Assembly (NCBI RefSeq): GCF_006345805.1
Contig: NC_043015.1
Span: 51,026,001-51,090,000 of the forward strand
DNA length: 64,000 bases
From: Octopus sinensis
Lineage: Eukaryota
Direction of reading: 5' to 3'
In this document: positions 11,589-23,494 of the stretch, piece after piece
How the letters are laid out: each line of letters opens with the position of its first letter
Numbering within the stretch: position 1 is the first letter of the stretch
Made by a program: the position numbers and the translations under genes
The notes under the pieces: model-generated
Database searches by the model: none
What the model was told of the DNA's origin: nothing
What the model saw: the letters and a program-made list of their open reading frames with translations, nothing else

Positions 11589-12194
11589 TTGTTTGAATTT
11601 GAATGTGGTGGTTATCTGTTGTTAATTTTTATTTGTTGTCATGTCACTTTCACCTACCAAGGCAGGCTGAATACAGTTTAGTTGATTGCATGTAGGTAGT
11701 GTTTCCACATATATTTTACAAGGTATCGATTCCTGGGCATAGATTTCCTTCTATGTCAGAGTTGAATTTGTACTCCACTTAATCACTGTAACTAGGAAGC
11801 TGCACAACTCCCATTAGAGAAAGTATTCTGAGATATACATCCATTTACACTAGTCAAAGGTTTTGTAAGGCCCATATAACTTACAAATAAATATTTACCC
11901 TAATTACAAAATAATGTTCTCCTCATAAACTTACCAATATGCAGTGATTCTACATTTAAAATATATCAGTAAATTGTATTTTTTTGTCTGATATTTACCA
12001 TTTACTAGTGGAATCATCAATCACCTATATGATCATTGCATCTCTCTTGAAGACATATTCTAAGATAAACTCCATACTGGTGTGTACAGATGACACTGCA
12101 GAATCAGTTTGATTAGTTTTCTCAAAGTCCAAGCTCTCTTTCTCTAATTAAATCAGTAAGCGATAATAAATAAATGATACCGCTGAATTCTTAC

Positions 12195-12221
12195 CCTCAG
12201 CTTGAGGTGTTTATCTGCCAT
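12195..12221 (-). CDS. Candidate first coding segment (MADKHLKLR) of a possible 74-nt exon at 12195-12268
   Basis: Minus strand: acceptor gtttttattctttgcAG, start context ttccATGG, donor agg|GTAAGA; no downstream exon or homologue recognised. Confidence 0.2.
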
Positions 12222-12724
12222 GGAATTAGAAAATTGAAGAAAAGTTTTCAAGAAAGTCAGTTAATAAACTGCAAAGAATAAAAACACATGTTATAAACAA
12301 GAAGCCGTTTAGAAAATTACTATTTTAAAATCTCACAACGTGAGATATTCAGTAACAGTACTTTGTAGTAAATATTGTTTGCCAACATAACATGGCAGTC
12401 CTGGTTTAGGACTAATGTTGCTGCAATTTAGCCCCAGGAGACATCTTCTCCAGCTGGCTATATGACACAGTCTGTGTCCTTATACTTGACAGGAAGTTCT
12501 TTCTTAGATGAGACCAAACTTTGCCTCTTTCACAAAAGAGTGCTTAGTTTTTGTTTTTGATTTAAAAAAAAAATTTTTCAATTGCAAAAACCACAACACT
12601 TTAAAATCAGATGCAATTCTGAATTTGGCAACAGTTGTGGTTACAGGACTTTAAGAGATAATTCTGTTTTGCTAGGGTTCCACACCCATTGTACAGTTTA
12701 AGGAGAGGAAGAGTTTTGAAATGA

Positions 12725-12789
12725 ATTTCTCCAGCAAATAAACAATCATGCCTGGATTCTTGGTGTGATTGTTTATTTGTCGGAGAAAT
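12725..12789 (+). ncRNA. Pre-miRNA-like hairpin (candidate)
   Basis: 28-pair stem with 1 mismatch and 3 G-U pairs, 9-nt loop tggattctt; not part of any repeat I recognise. Confidence 0.3.
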
Positions 12790-12954
12790 ACAAGCAGAGA
12801 AGAAACAAAAATGTAAATCTGAAAAAGAAAAAAAAATCCAGCCAAAAAAAACAATGAAAATTTAAAGAACAATATAAAACACAAAGAATAAGTTTCTCTT
12901 ATCTCAGCTGATTTCATGTTTAAAAACAAAAAGGAGTAATATGTGCACAAGCTT

Positions 12955-13375
12955 AATTATCATCATCCTCATCTTCATGATGATCATGATGATCATCACC
13001 ATCGTCATCATCATCATCACTATAACCACAATTATTATTGTCATCATCGTTATCATTATCATCACCATCATCATCATCATCATCATTATCATCACCACCA
13101 CCACCACCATCATCACCATCATCGTCATAACTACTATCATCACCATCATCATCATCATCATTGTCATAACCACCATCATCACCACCACCACCACTGCCAC
13201 CACCATCATCATCGTCATCACCATCACCATCATCATCACCATCACCATCATCATCACTACCACCATCATCATCTTTATCATCATCATCATCGTCATAACC
13301 ACCACCATCACCACCACCATCATCATCACCATCATCATCATCCTCACCATCATCATCAGCATCATCATTTCCTTT
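12955..13375. repeat. (CAT)n/(CAC)n trinucleotide tract
   Basis: Direct reading. Confidence 0.95.
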
Positions 13376-14420
13376 GCTTGCATCACATTGTACTGGTGGT
13401 GGTGGGGAGGGGGACGGGGTCGTTATTCAAGCACACATGTATTGACACTAGTTGCTATCCTTTTGTCGTTGCCCCTTCAGATCTGTGCGTTCCTGTGTAT
13501 TCCTGTATCTTCCTGTTTCCCCACATCCATTCCCACCGGAACAACTTGGCACTCCTCCATTCCTCTGTCATCCTTCATATGCATCACATGTCTGTACCAG
13601 CGCAGTCTCTTCTCTCTCCCCTCCCCCTCCCCATTTCCCCCTCTCCCCTCTCTCTGCTCTCCCTGCTCTCCCTTTCCTCCTTTCTCTCTTTTGCACACTA
13701 CATCCGATTCTTCACCTCTATTTTCTTCTCCCAGCTCATCTGTCCTCTGCTGTTCATGCAAACTAACGTAGCACATTCAGCAGAGCACGCCTGCCTAATT
13801 TCTATCCAGTCTTTACACAGCCTTTATATTTCCAGTATCCATGTTCCACTGCCATGTAGCATCGCACTTTGCTAACAAGCATCAGAGAGTCAGCCCTTCA
13901 CTTGGAGAAAAAGAGAGAGAGAGAGGAAGCTAGAGAGGGAAAGAGAGCGTTTCTTTGTTGAAAGAGTTCAGTTACTATCAAAGCGGGTTTAACAGCCTGT
14001 TAGACAATAATTTAACCAGTAAAGCAAACTTGATATTCCTTAATGGTTTCTTGGATAAAGATTTCAAGGTTCAATACACCAGACTTAAAATCATTTTTGA
14101 GTCTTCCTTAACTCCCATGAATCATTCCGTTTCTTTAAATTCCTGAATAAGGGAAATACACCAAATGTGTAAAAAGAATTCAGAAATTATGAACCTTTGC
14201 AGTTCAGTTTTGAACTGAATAATGATCAGTTTAAGTGGCCCCACTTTTGTGCTGGGGTGTGGTGTCTGTCTGGTTTGCTTGTTTCATTTTGATGATAAGG
14301 GCTGGAGATATATTGAGATGTAGAAGCTCCCTACTATATTTTTGACAATGGAAAGAAATGGCTTCAAGTGCTGGTTTCCTGAGATATATGTATGTATATA
14401 TATATATATATATATATATA

Positions 14421-15298
14421 CGGAGCTGGTCAAAAGTCACCTGACAGTAAATCAAATCCCATTTAATTCTAAGAAGAAAACAAAAAAATTATTTTGTATG
14501 AGACTTTGCTAATAAATAGACAAATGTTGAAATTAGAAAAGAACTCGGAGAGTGCAGACCTCCGCCAAGCAGCTCATTTCCACCTATATACAAGCATGCT
14601 GAAAATCGCCCAATTTCTCAAACCAACACCGGCAAAAACATAACCTCCTTGGCGGGGTTAAAAAAAATAATAACACACACATATGATTTTTAAAAGAACC
14701 CTTTAAAAACAGGAATCATCTGAAGCAGTTATAATACATCAATGACAACAGCAAGCTAGTCTCACCATACAACTAAAAAGAAACAACAATTACCTAAAAC
14801 TTGAGTGATACACACACAACGCGAGTAAAATTACTAATAGAGAAACGAAAATAAACTTTGGAAACAGCAACGCCACCATAGGTTACGTTGAGACGACGAA
14901 CGTGTTTTCAAGGGAGATAATCAAAGAACGTAACATTGTAGTACTTCATGTAAAGAAAATATAACAAATGAAAAATCCTTCAAGAGTCCATAAAAATCAT
15001 TGGATCTCTACCAACATTTCATCATCTGTTACTTGTGTCGTTGCCAACTTTTTCTGCAAGTTTCATCAAATACCGTTCACAACTTTTTGAGTTATTTTGC
15101 ACACAGACGGACAGATGTACAAACCAATGCCGATGAAAACATAACCTCCCTTCCTTGGCGGAGGTAAAAAAAAAAATTGGTGATTTTGACTCACAGCATT
15201 CAGTTATTAAACATTCGTAATTGTAAATGAATAAATAAAATTGAATATTAAGTATTTATGGGGGTTTGATTTACTATCGGGTGACTTTTGGCCATTCG
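14421..15298. mobile_element. Non-autonomous Tc1/mariner-type element (MITE) with ~45-bp terminal inverted repeats (TIRs) and TA flanks
   Basis: Left end cggagctggtcaaaagtcacctgacagtaaatcaaatccc; right end reverse complement cgaatggccaaaagtcacccgatagtaaatcaaacccc; TA on both sides. Confidence 0.8.
14535..15168 (+). mobile_element. Helentron/HINE (DINE-1-like) non-autonomous element(s) nested in the MITE
   Basis: Subterminal acctccgccaag (14558-14569) is complementary to cttggcggaggt in the 3' hairpins at 14643-14658 and 15144-15165; cacacagacggacag core; A-rich flanks. Confidence 0.6.
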
Positions 15299-15309
15299 TA
15301 TATGCATGA

Positions 15310-15445
15310 GGGATTCTGAAAAGTTCCTTGGCAGGGTTTCTACGACTGGATGTACTTCCTAATACCAACCACTTTACAGAGTGTACTGGGTGCTTTTACG
15401 TGGCTCTGCAGGTGTTGCATGGGTGCTTTTATGTAGTACTGTACG
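15310..15445 (-). mobile_element. SINE family C fragment
   Basis: tttctacgactggatgtacttcctaataccaaccactttacagagtg. Confidence 0.6.
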
Positions 15446-15456
15446 GGCTCTTTTAC

Positions 15457-15489
<33 letters not shown>

Positions 15490-15496
15490 ATATATA

Positions 15497-15686
15497 CATA
15501 TTTATATCATTGGTGATTTTCTTTCTCCGTCTTCCCTACTTTTACTATATTTCTGATGAAGAACTCTGCTCAAAACATGAAATCCTCTTTCTTTACTTTC
15601 CTTTCCTGAGTGTCCAGTAACACAGTACTTGTTCCATGTCCTTGCGTTGTTGTTTTTTCTTGCTTGTTCTTATTTGGATTGATTGT
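15497..15686 (+). mobile_element. PLE pseudo-LTR fragment inside (TA)n, with decayed hammerhead at ~15546-15585
   Basis: attt-CTGATGA-agaac tct gctc-aAAAcat-g-aaat; flanked by (TA)n on both sides. Confidence 0.55.
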
Positions 15687-15766
15687 ATATATATATATAT
15701 ATACATACATATAAGTTTGTATGTATTTTACCACTGGTATATTTGTCATATATAACAGTGGTAAAA

Positions 15767-15806
<40 letters not shown>

Positions 15807-15962
15807 CACACACACACATATATATCAGTATATATGTCATATATATACCAGTGGTATCATATAAGAATTGAATGGTCTTCTTTCATCTTGCCCAAGATTT
15901 AATCATAGCAGGGGAGGGGGTAGGGGTGCAGAATGTAATATTTAAAAAATTTATTTATTTAT

Positions 15963-15995
<33 letters not shown>

Positions 15996-16659
15996 TTTGA
16001 CATTTAACATTCGCACCAAAGTAAATCAATCAGAAAATTCTCTGTCAGAAAAGCATTAATATCGCAGGGGAAAGAAGAACTCCAATTCCATTTGATATTC
16101 TAGTCAAATTGATGGAGTGCATTGAGCCTAATCTATTGTTATTAGCAGATAACATTTAATGCTTTTTTTCTTCTTTTCCTTGCATAACTCGGTTAAATAT
16201 ATAAAAATAATTGACAATTTTCACATAATCAGCTCTAAAACACAAGCCAGCATACTTAGAAGTTTTTTGATTTCTTTCATTCGAGAAGTTTATTAATTTA
16301 ACAAATGTTCTACTTTGATAGTATCTTCTGTGAGGTACAAAATGAAAAAGAAATATTAAAAATAAAAGAAAACTAAAAAAAAAAACAACAAAAGAAAAGG
16401 AGAAAAATGCTGTATGAAAACAAATATTTCTGTAATTAAATTTCAGTTCTATTGAAAGGAAAAAATATTATACTTTCTTTGTGTTTGTTTATTAATGAAG
16501 TTTCTTTGTAGATATTTTAATACATAACGATTAATATCTTACCACTAGGTATTTTAAAGTTTAAATCAGTAAACGGTAATGGTGATGGTGTTGCCCCAGC
16601 ATGGCAACAGCCCACCAGCTGAAACCAGTCAGAACGTAATGATTTTAATAGAAATAGTA

Positions 16660-16870
16660 ACAATCCTTTCTACTACACGCTCTAAGCCTGAGATTTTGCG
16701 TGCAGGGCCTTAGTTGATTACATTGAAGCTAGTTTTCAACTGGTGCTTATTCTGTCGGCCCTTTAAAGACACGAGGCAAAGCTGGCCTCGGTGGCATTTG
16801 AACTCAGAACTTAAAGCCAGGAGAAATGCTGCTGGGCATTTTGTATGGTGTGTTAAAGATTCTGTAAGCT
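16660..16870 (-). mobile_element. SINE family B, diverged
   Basis: gcaaagctggcctcggtggcatttgaactcagaac. Confidence 0.65.
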
Positions 16871-16883
16871 TGTAACCTTAACG

Positions 16884-17415
16884 ATGCCCAATATCAGGCA
16901 GTGGCTCTCATGGGTTCTGATCTTCTTGACTGATTGGAAGTGTTATCTTATACATTGTTTTGTCTTCTTCTTCTTTTTCTTCTTCTTCTTCTTCTCCCCC
17001 CTCCTCCCTTTTCCTCATTCCCCTCCGCTTCCTCTTCCTACCCCTTCTTTCTCCTTCCTTCTCCCTTGCTCCAATGGGAAGTGTTATCATGTACATTGTT
17101 TTGTCTTGGTATAAAAGATGGGCTACAGCAAATACCACAGATTTGCTTGTTAGTTGTTTGACCTTAACCAGAGGAATTCTTTGGGGTTTGGATAATTCAC
17201 CTCTGGGTGAATTCACATGGGTTTTTTGTTCATCATCCTTAAATAACTCTTATTCAGGGACCTTTTGAGTGGAATGGGCGGCTCGACCTGAAGAAAATTC
17301 TAACTGGGCCCCACCTGCAAGGTCAATTGCTGTTTATCTTGATACGAGATCACCATGTCGTGCACATATGGTTGTGATGCATGTACTTGGTGTACCTTTA
17401 TCAGACAGGTAGTCC
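16884..17415 (+). mobile_element. ~560-bp retroposon family member (same family as 36190-37369), with an internal CT-rich insertion
   Basis: caggcagtggctctcatgg...gggctacagcaaat...cctgaagaaaattctaactgggccccacctgcaagg is the reverse complement of the 36 kb copies. Confidence 0.8.
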
Positions 17416-17989
17416 TCCTCCATTTGTAACAAATGCTTATGAAAACTGTGCACGAAACAATTACAACCAAATGTTTCCGTATCTTTGTCGGTTCATAAAT
17501 CTTTTAAGAAATTAAGTCAATCATTTTATATCGCAATCAAAAAGCAGAAGATTGTTTTAAAGGTTTTTTTGGTTAAATTTCAGTTATTTGTTTCTTCTTG
17601 CATTTGGTTTTTTGTAATTGTCAGCCATAAACGCTTTGGACGGTTAACCTCAAATTTGTTGACACAAGAAATAAACTTTCTCATTAAGGTGTTAAATACA
17701 TATTCCACACACTCGCATTTCGTTTGGTGAGGAAGAAAATGTGGAAAAAGACGCATAATAAAAAAACCTTACCGAAAGATCGAATGCTGTAGTCGTTTAA
17801 AAGTAAAAGCATATTTTCTCAATGTTCAAACATAGCATATTCGTAAACCTAATAAATAAAATTAGATTGAAGTGTTCAAATAGATTTTAAGCTTTTGCTT
17901 TCTTTGTTTTGTTGGAGGATGATATCTGATGGCAAACTAATATTTTATTAATATTTTCAGTTTGTTTTGTCTATTTGTAAAGATTAAAT

Positions 17990-18627
17990 GAATGATATAT
18001 GTATGTGTGTACGTATGTATATTTATATATATTTGAGTGTGTGAGTGTCTCTGTGTATATCTATATGTATGTGTGTGTGTTTGATATATGTATATATATA
18101 TATATATTATACATATATATATATGAGTATATGTCAAATGTATATGTATATATTTATGAATACATGTATGTATATGTATGTGTATATGTATGTATATATG
18201 TGTATACATATATGTGTGTGTGTGTATGTATATATTTAAAGCAATATTTATATTTTATTTATACATTTGTTAATTATATTAATTGAACGTTGCCTATTTT
18301 CCAAATAAATTTCTAAAATTTTCAAGATGCAATAACAACAAACAAACAAGAAAAACAAAGACAGAAGTAAAGCAAGGAATTTATCTCTCTCCCCCACCCC
18401 ACTCTCCACCCCACATTTCCATGAAAAACTCATCCGGCAACACAGTCAGTAGATACACTTCTTGTTGATTTCTTCAAAGAATATATATTCTATGATATAT
18501 AAAATATCAATGGACCATTCAGTGTATTACAGAAAATAGAAGTTATATGTGTGTGTGTGTGTGTTTGTATGGATCTATGTGTGTGTATATATATGTGTGT
18601 GTGTGTATATATATTTATGTATGGATA

Positions 18628-18661
<34 letters not shown>

Positions 18662-18672
18662 CAGATGTGCGT

Positions 18673-18705
<33 letters not shown>

Positions 18706-18802
18706 GATATGTATATATGTCTGTGTAAGTATATGTGTGTGTATAGATGTATATATAATTTTTGCATATATATGTATATTTATGTCTGTGTGTATATATT
18801 TC

Positions 18803-18855
<53 letters not shown>

Positions 18856-19878
18856 GTATATATGCATGAATATCTATATGTATATGTATATATGCATGAA
18901 TATCTATATATATGTATATATGCATATATATGTATATGCATATATGTATATATTATATACGCATGTTCACATACATGTGTATAAACATACCTGTTACTCT
19001 CGTGCACATATCTACTTAATGTATGCAATCTAAACATATTTTTGATATACATACATAAACATATATGTAGATATACATACATACTTACACACACACACAC
19101 ACACATTTTAACTGCAGACTATTATTTCTTATGAAGATTATAGAGTTTAGCTGTAGTTATGGTTTTAAAGAAATTCATTATGTCTTATACAGACTCTAAA
19201 TATGATCTCATTAAAAATAGTTGACTTATCATAAGAAGTTTGAGCGGTGCGTGTATTTTGTGTGTTTGTATATTTATGTATGTGTACACACACATGCATA
19301 CATACACATGTGTGTGTGTTTGTGTGTGTGTGTGTGTGAGAGAGGGAGCATGTGTGTATATGTATCTACATATATATATGTATATATATATCTATACATA
19401 TATGTATGTATATATGTGTCTGTGTGCTTGTATGTATGTATATATCTATGTAAATATATACATACATATATGTATGTGTATGTGAGTATGTGTGTGTGTG
19501 TGAGTGTACATGTATGTATGTATATATATATACATATATTCATGTATGTGTGTATATATGTATATATAGATATTCATATATTTATGTATATGTATATATA
19601 TATTTATACATATATGTATGTTTATGTATGTATGTATGTATCTATCTATATATATTCATATATTTATGTATGTGTATATATATATTTATACATATATGTA
19701 TGTTTATGTATGTATGTATCTATTTATCTATACATATATATCTTCATACATATATGTATGTGTGTATATATATATATGTTCATACATATATTTATGTATA
19801 TATATATATTCATACATATATGTATGTATATGTATATATAAATATGTGTGTGTGTATGTATTTATACATACATGCATA

Positions 19879-19918
<40 letters not shown>

Positions 19919-19925
19919 TATACAT
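17990..19925. repeat. (TA)n/(TG)n compound microsatellite fields
   Basis: Direct reading; interrupted by short unique segments. Confidence 0.85.
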
Positions 19926-20049
19926 GTATGTATGTATATGACTGTATAAGAGTGCATGAAAGTCATGCCTCTCTTCCTCATACTCCATGGGTTGTGCTGT
20001 TGCTCTGTCTATTTTCTGTTCTTTTTCTGTCTTGCAGCTAACTTAGTAA

Positions 20050-20245
20050 CCTCTCTAGTGCTGGTGCCATGAAAAAATGCACCCCATACACTCTGCAGGG
20101 TAGTTGGCATTAGAAAGGGCTTCCACCTGTAGAAAACATGCCACAGCAGTTAATGGTTCTTGGAGCAACACTGTGGCTTGCTTGATCTTGTCAAATCATT
20201 AATCCCATGTAAGCATAGAAAATAATGATGATGATGATGATGATG
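20050..20245 (+). mobile_element. SINE family C
   Basis: aaaaatgcaccccatacactc...gttggcattagaaagggcttccacctgtagaaaac...gatgatgat. Confidence 0.7.
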
Positions 20246-20265
20246 ATACTGCGTGTCTGACCCTT

Positions 20266-20770
20266 GTGCCTGTGGCAATCCTTTTGCAGATTACCTTGGT
20301 GATTGAAGATAGTTACCTCCACTTTGTGGCTGGTGATTTCAGTGAATGCATTGCACAGAAACCTGTTGGATTCCATGGTGTACATAGAAAGTATGAGTTT
20401 GCTTCTAGAAATGAAGTGGAAAGACAGTTCTTTGAGTTCTGTGATGAAAATGATCTGATGATGTGCAACACTAACTTCAGAAATCAGCTCATCACCCTAT
20501 CACCTATCAATTTGGTTTGCACACAAGCCAAAATAACTAGGTTGGCACCAAATAGACAGATGGTTGCAAATATCAAGTTCTTCCCTGGTGAAGAATGTAC
20601 AACCCAACATAGGTCAGTGGTGATCAAAGACACAAGTTTGTCTGGTAAAGAAAAATATGAAAGCTTAAAGGTTTAGTGAACTGCCAGAAATTTAGAGAAG
20701 TATTATTTGAAGTATTTTGATGAGGAGTAGGAGGTGGGAGAGAACATTGTCCATCAGAAAAAGTTAAGTA
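20266..20770 (+). mobile_element. RTE-clade LINE, APE endonuclease C-terminal fragment
   Basis: VAGDF...GFHGVH...RNE...FEFCDENDLMMCNTNFR...FPGEECTTQHRSVV are conserved APE motifs of RTE LINEs. Confidence 0.85.
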
Positions 20771-20814
20771 AGCAGAAATATCTATCTAGGTTGGGTAAAA
20801 TTCCCAAGATCCAT

Positions 20815-20950
20815 GGATGAGTTCTCTCCAACGGTCCTTGTCCCTCACCATCGCTGCCATGTCCTGGCTCTCCCAGAGACCAATGTCTGTCCTTAGGGCA
20901 TCGATGTATGTCATCCTCGGTTTCCCTCTTTGAGTATGTCCATGATATGT
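20815..20950 (-). mobile_element. RTE-like LINE, extreme 3' coding fragment
   Basis: Minus strand translates to HGHTQRGKPRMTYIDALRTDIGL...MVRDKDRWR (RGRP...DR..WR terminal motif). Confidence 0.7.
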
Positions 20951-20980
20951 ACCATGCTTAAGGGCTGCAATCTTGTTAAA

Positions 20981-21135
20981 CAGGTTACACTGTGTGGTTT
21001 AGAAGTTCACTTCCCAACCATATGGGTTCATGTTCAATCCCACTGCATGGCACCTTGGATAAATTCCTTCCATTATAGCTCCAGGCTGACAAAGACCTTG
21101 TGTGTGGATTTAGTAAATGGAAACTGAAAGAAGTT
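20981..21135 (+). mobile_element. SINE family A, 5' half
   Basis: ggttcatgttcaatcccactgcatggcaccttgg...gtggatttagtaaatggaaactgaaagaag. Confidence 0.7.
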
Positions 21136-21578
21136 CATTGTGTCATCATCATAATCATCATCATCAATACTATTTGATGTCGATCTTCCATGCTCGTATG
21201 GGTTGGACAGTTTGACAGTATCCAAAGAGCCGAAGAAGGTGGACATTAAAATGGTGATCATGAGGATGACGACGACAACATTGATGATGGTTATGATGAT
21301 GATGAGGATGAGGATGAGGCATGCTCTAGAGTCAAGCTCAAGAGTCTGCTTTGATTTCTACAGCTTGATGACTTCCAAATGTCAACCACTTAGAATATTG
21401 GTGGAGCTTTTTGTAGGGCACCGGAACTAGTTAGGCCACCAAGTAACTTAAAAGATAAAAAGCTCCTTAACTGCTTGACTGAGTGGTGGTGAGAGAGAGA
21501 GAGAGAAAGTGAAAGAGAAAGAAAGAGAAGGCTTTGTGCCTTGTGTTGAGAGGCTGTTTACATAATATCTATTTTTTA

Positions 21579-21930
21579 TCTTTTACTTGTTTCAGTCATT
21601 GGATTGTGGCCATGCTGGGGCACTGCCTTGGAGATGTATTTTTTGTTTTGTTTTAAGCTTGGTACGTATTCTATCGGACTCTTTTGGTGAACTCCCAAGT
21701 TATGGAGATGTAAACACCAACTCTGGTTGTCAGGTAGTGGTGAAGGAGACACACAAACACACTCACATTGAGGGCTTCTTCTAGTTTCCACCTACAAAAT
21801 TTACTCACAAGGCTTTGGTTGACTTGAGGCTATAGTAGTAAAAACTTGCCCAAGGTGCCACACAGTAGTACTGAACCTGGAACGATGTGGTTGGGAAGCA
21901 AGCTTCTTACTACACAGCTATGCCTGCACC
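21579..21930 (-). mobile_element. SINE family A
   Basis: cttttacttgtttcagtcatt...cacagctatgcctgcacc. Confidence 0.85.
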
Positions 21931-22019
21931 TATGTGTGTGTGTCCGTGTGTCCCCCCTTTGTGTTGACATAAGATAATCATTATAATAGTTTGTGAATGT
22001 CTCCATTGTCATTCATTTC

Positions 22020-22360
22020 CATCCTTCTCTGGAAACTCAATCAGCCATTGAGAAATACTACCTTGCTCGGAGACAGGTAAAGGTTGGGGATGGGGAGAGC
22101 ATCCGGCAGTAGAAAAAAAACTGCCTCAACAAAAATTCGTCTAACTCATACCAGCCGAGGAAAGTGGACGTTAAAATGGTGATGATGAGGACGACAACAT
22201 TGATGATGGTTATGATGATGACATTGATGATGGTAGTGATGATGTTGATGACACTGATGGTTGTTATGATAATAGTGATGGTGATGATGATAGTGGTGAT
22301 AATGATGATGGTGATGACGATGGTGTGACGACGACGGTGATGATGATGATGATGACCTAC
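22020..22360 (+). mobile_element. Family C-related 3' end with long (GAT)n tail
   Basis: gagcatccggcagtagaaa...gaggaaagtggacgttaaaatggtgatgatg. Confidence 0.6.
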
Positions 22361-22482
22361 TTAGAAGTTCAGTTCTTAACTTCACTTCATAGCGCCATAC
22401 ATCACAGCGGTAAGGCAAAATAATACCGCATATTTGTATCTATGCATACATATGATGTGTACTGAAATGTATACATGCATGT

Positions 22483-22533
<51 letters not shown>

Positions 22534-23494
22534 CTCACACCTACAATGCAGATGTGTTTAAAAATTTTTGTCTTTTACTTTTTCTGAAAATATGAAATTC
22601 TGAAATATCCCTGCTAACTTTAAAGTATATGTGTTATATATTATATATATATATAATATATATAAATATATATAAATGCATGTGTATGTATGTGTATTTT
22701 TGTGTGCCTGTATATGTTTGCATATATATAGGTGTGTGTGTAAATCTATGTATGTATATATATTTGTGTGTGTATATGTATGATATATGTATATGTGTGA
22801 TATATGTATATGTTTATATACATATATATATATATATATAACATAAATATATACATACATGTACATATATATATATATATATTATATATATATATATATA
22901 CATGTATCATATATAAACATATGTATACACATATATATATATATATATATATAAAAACATACTGGGAGAAAGGAAAGAAACGAAACGAAACGAATTTATA
23001 CATATATATATAAATATATTTAAATATAAATATATGTATATATATATATATGCATCCATATATATATGCATTTATACACAGACATACACACTGATTGGCA
23101 ATAAAGTTTGTGACTGAAGTAGGTATTTTTCCGATTTAAAATAAAAATAATGAAAAAAAAGGAAACAAAACTAATAACAAAAAAAAACAAAGAAAGTAGA
23201 AGAAACGTTTTTTTTTGTCTTTTTGTTTAGTTTTGAGACCCTCTTATTCCCAGGTGGAATGCTTTTAACTGAAATAAACCAGTTCCAATCCCCCTTTAGT
23301 TGCAATCTCTGCGAATCCATGGGGTGACATTCTTTACATATTTCAACCGATACTTAAGTAAGCACCCCAGGAGGTAAAAATGGTAGATGTTTTAGATCAT
23401 TAAAGCCTATTCAGTGAAAATAGTTTCTGCCATCCCTCGCACCGGCCCTCTCGCCCCCCCCCCATCCACCTCCCATCCCACTCCGCCCCACGCT

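Noticed and set aside
12941-13875. Long poly-His, poly-Ile/Thr and poly-Met ORFs (276-310 aa)
   Set aside because: All frames are open because the DNA is a (CAT)n/(CAC)n tract; there is no codon diversity or exon context
13955-14146. 63-aa ORF with ordinary composition
   Set aside because: Non-ATG start, no motif, no convincing splice sites
16256-16327. Possible 72-nt minus-strand exon (RYYQSRTFVKLINFSNERNQKTS)
   Set aside because: Splice signals are only moderate in very AT-rich sequence and the peptide is not recognisable
23254-23357. Plus-strand segment with a good acceptor (ttcccAG) and donor (GTAAGC); FSCNLCE looked zinc-finger-like
   Set aside because: All three frames contain stops and the His spacing does not fit C2H2; it could only be non-coding, and nothing supports that
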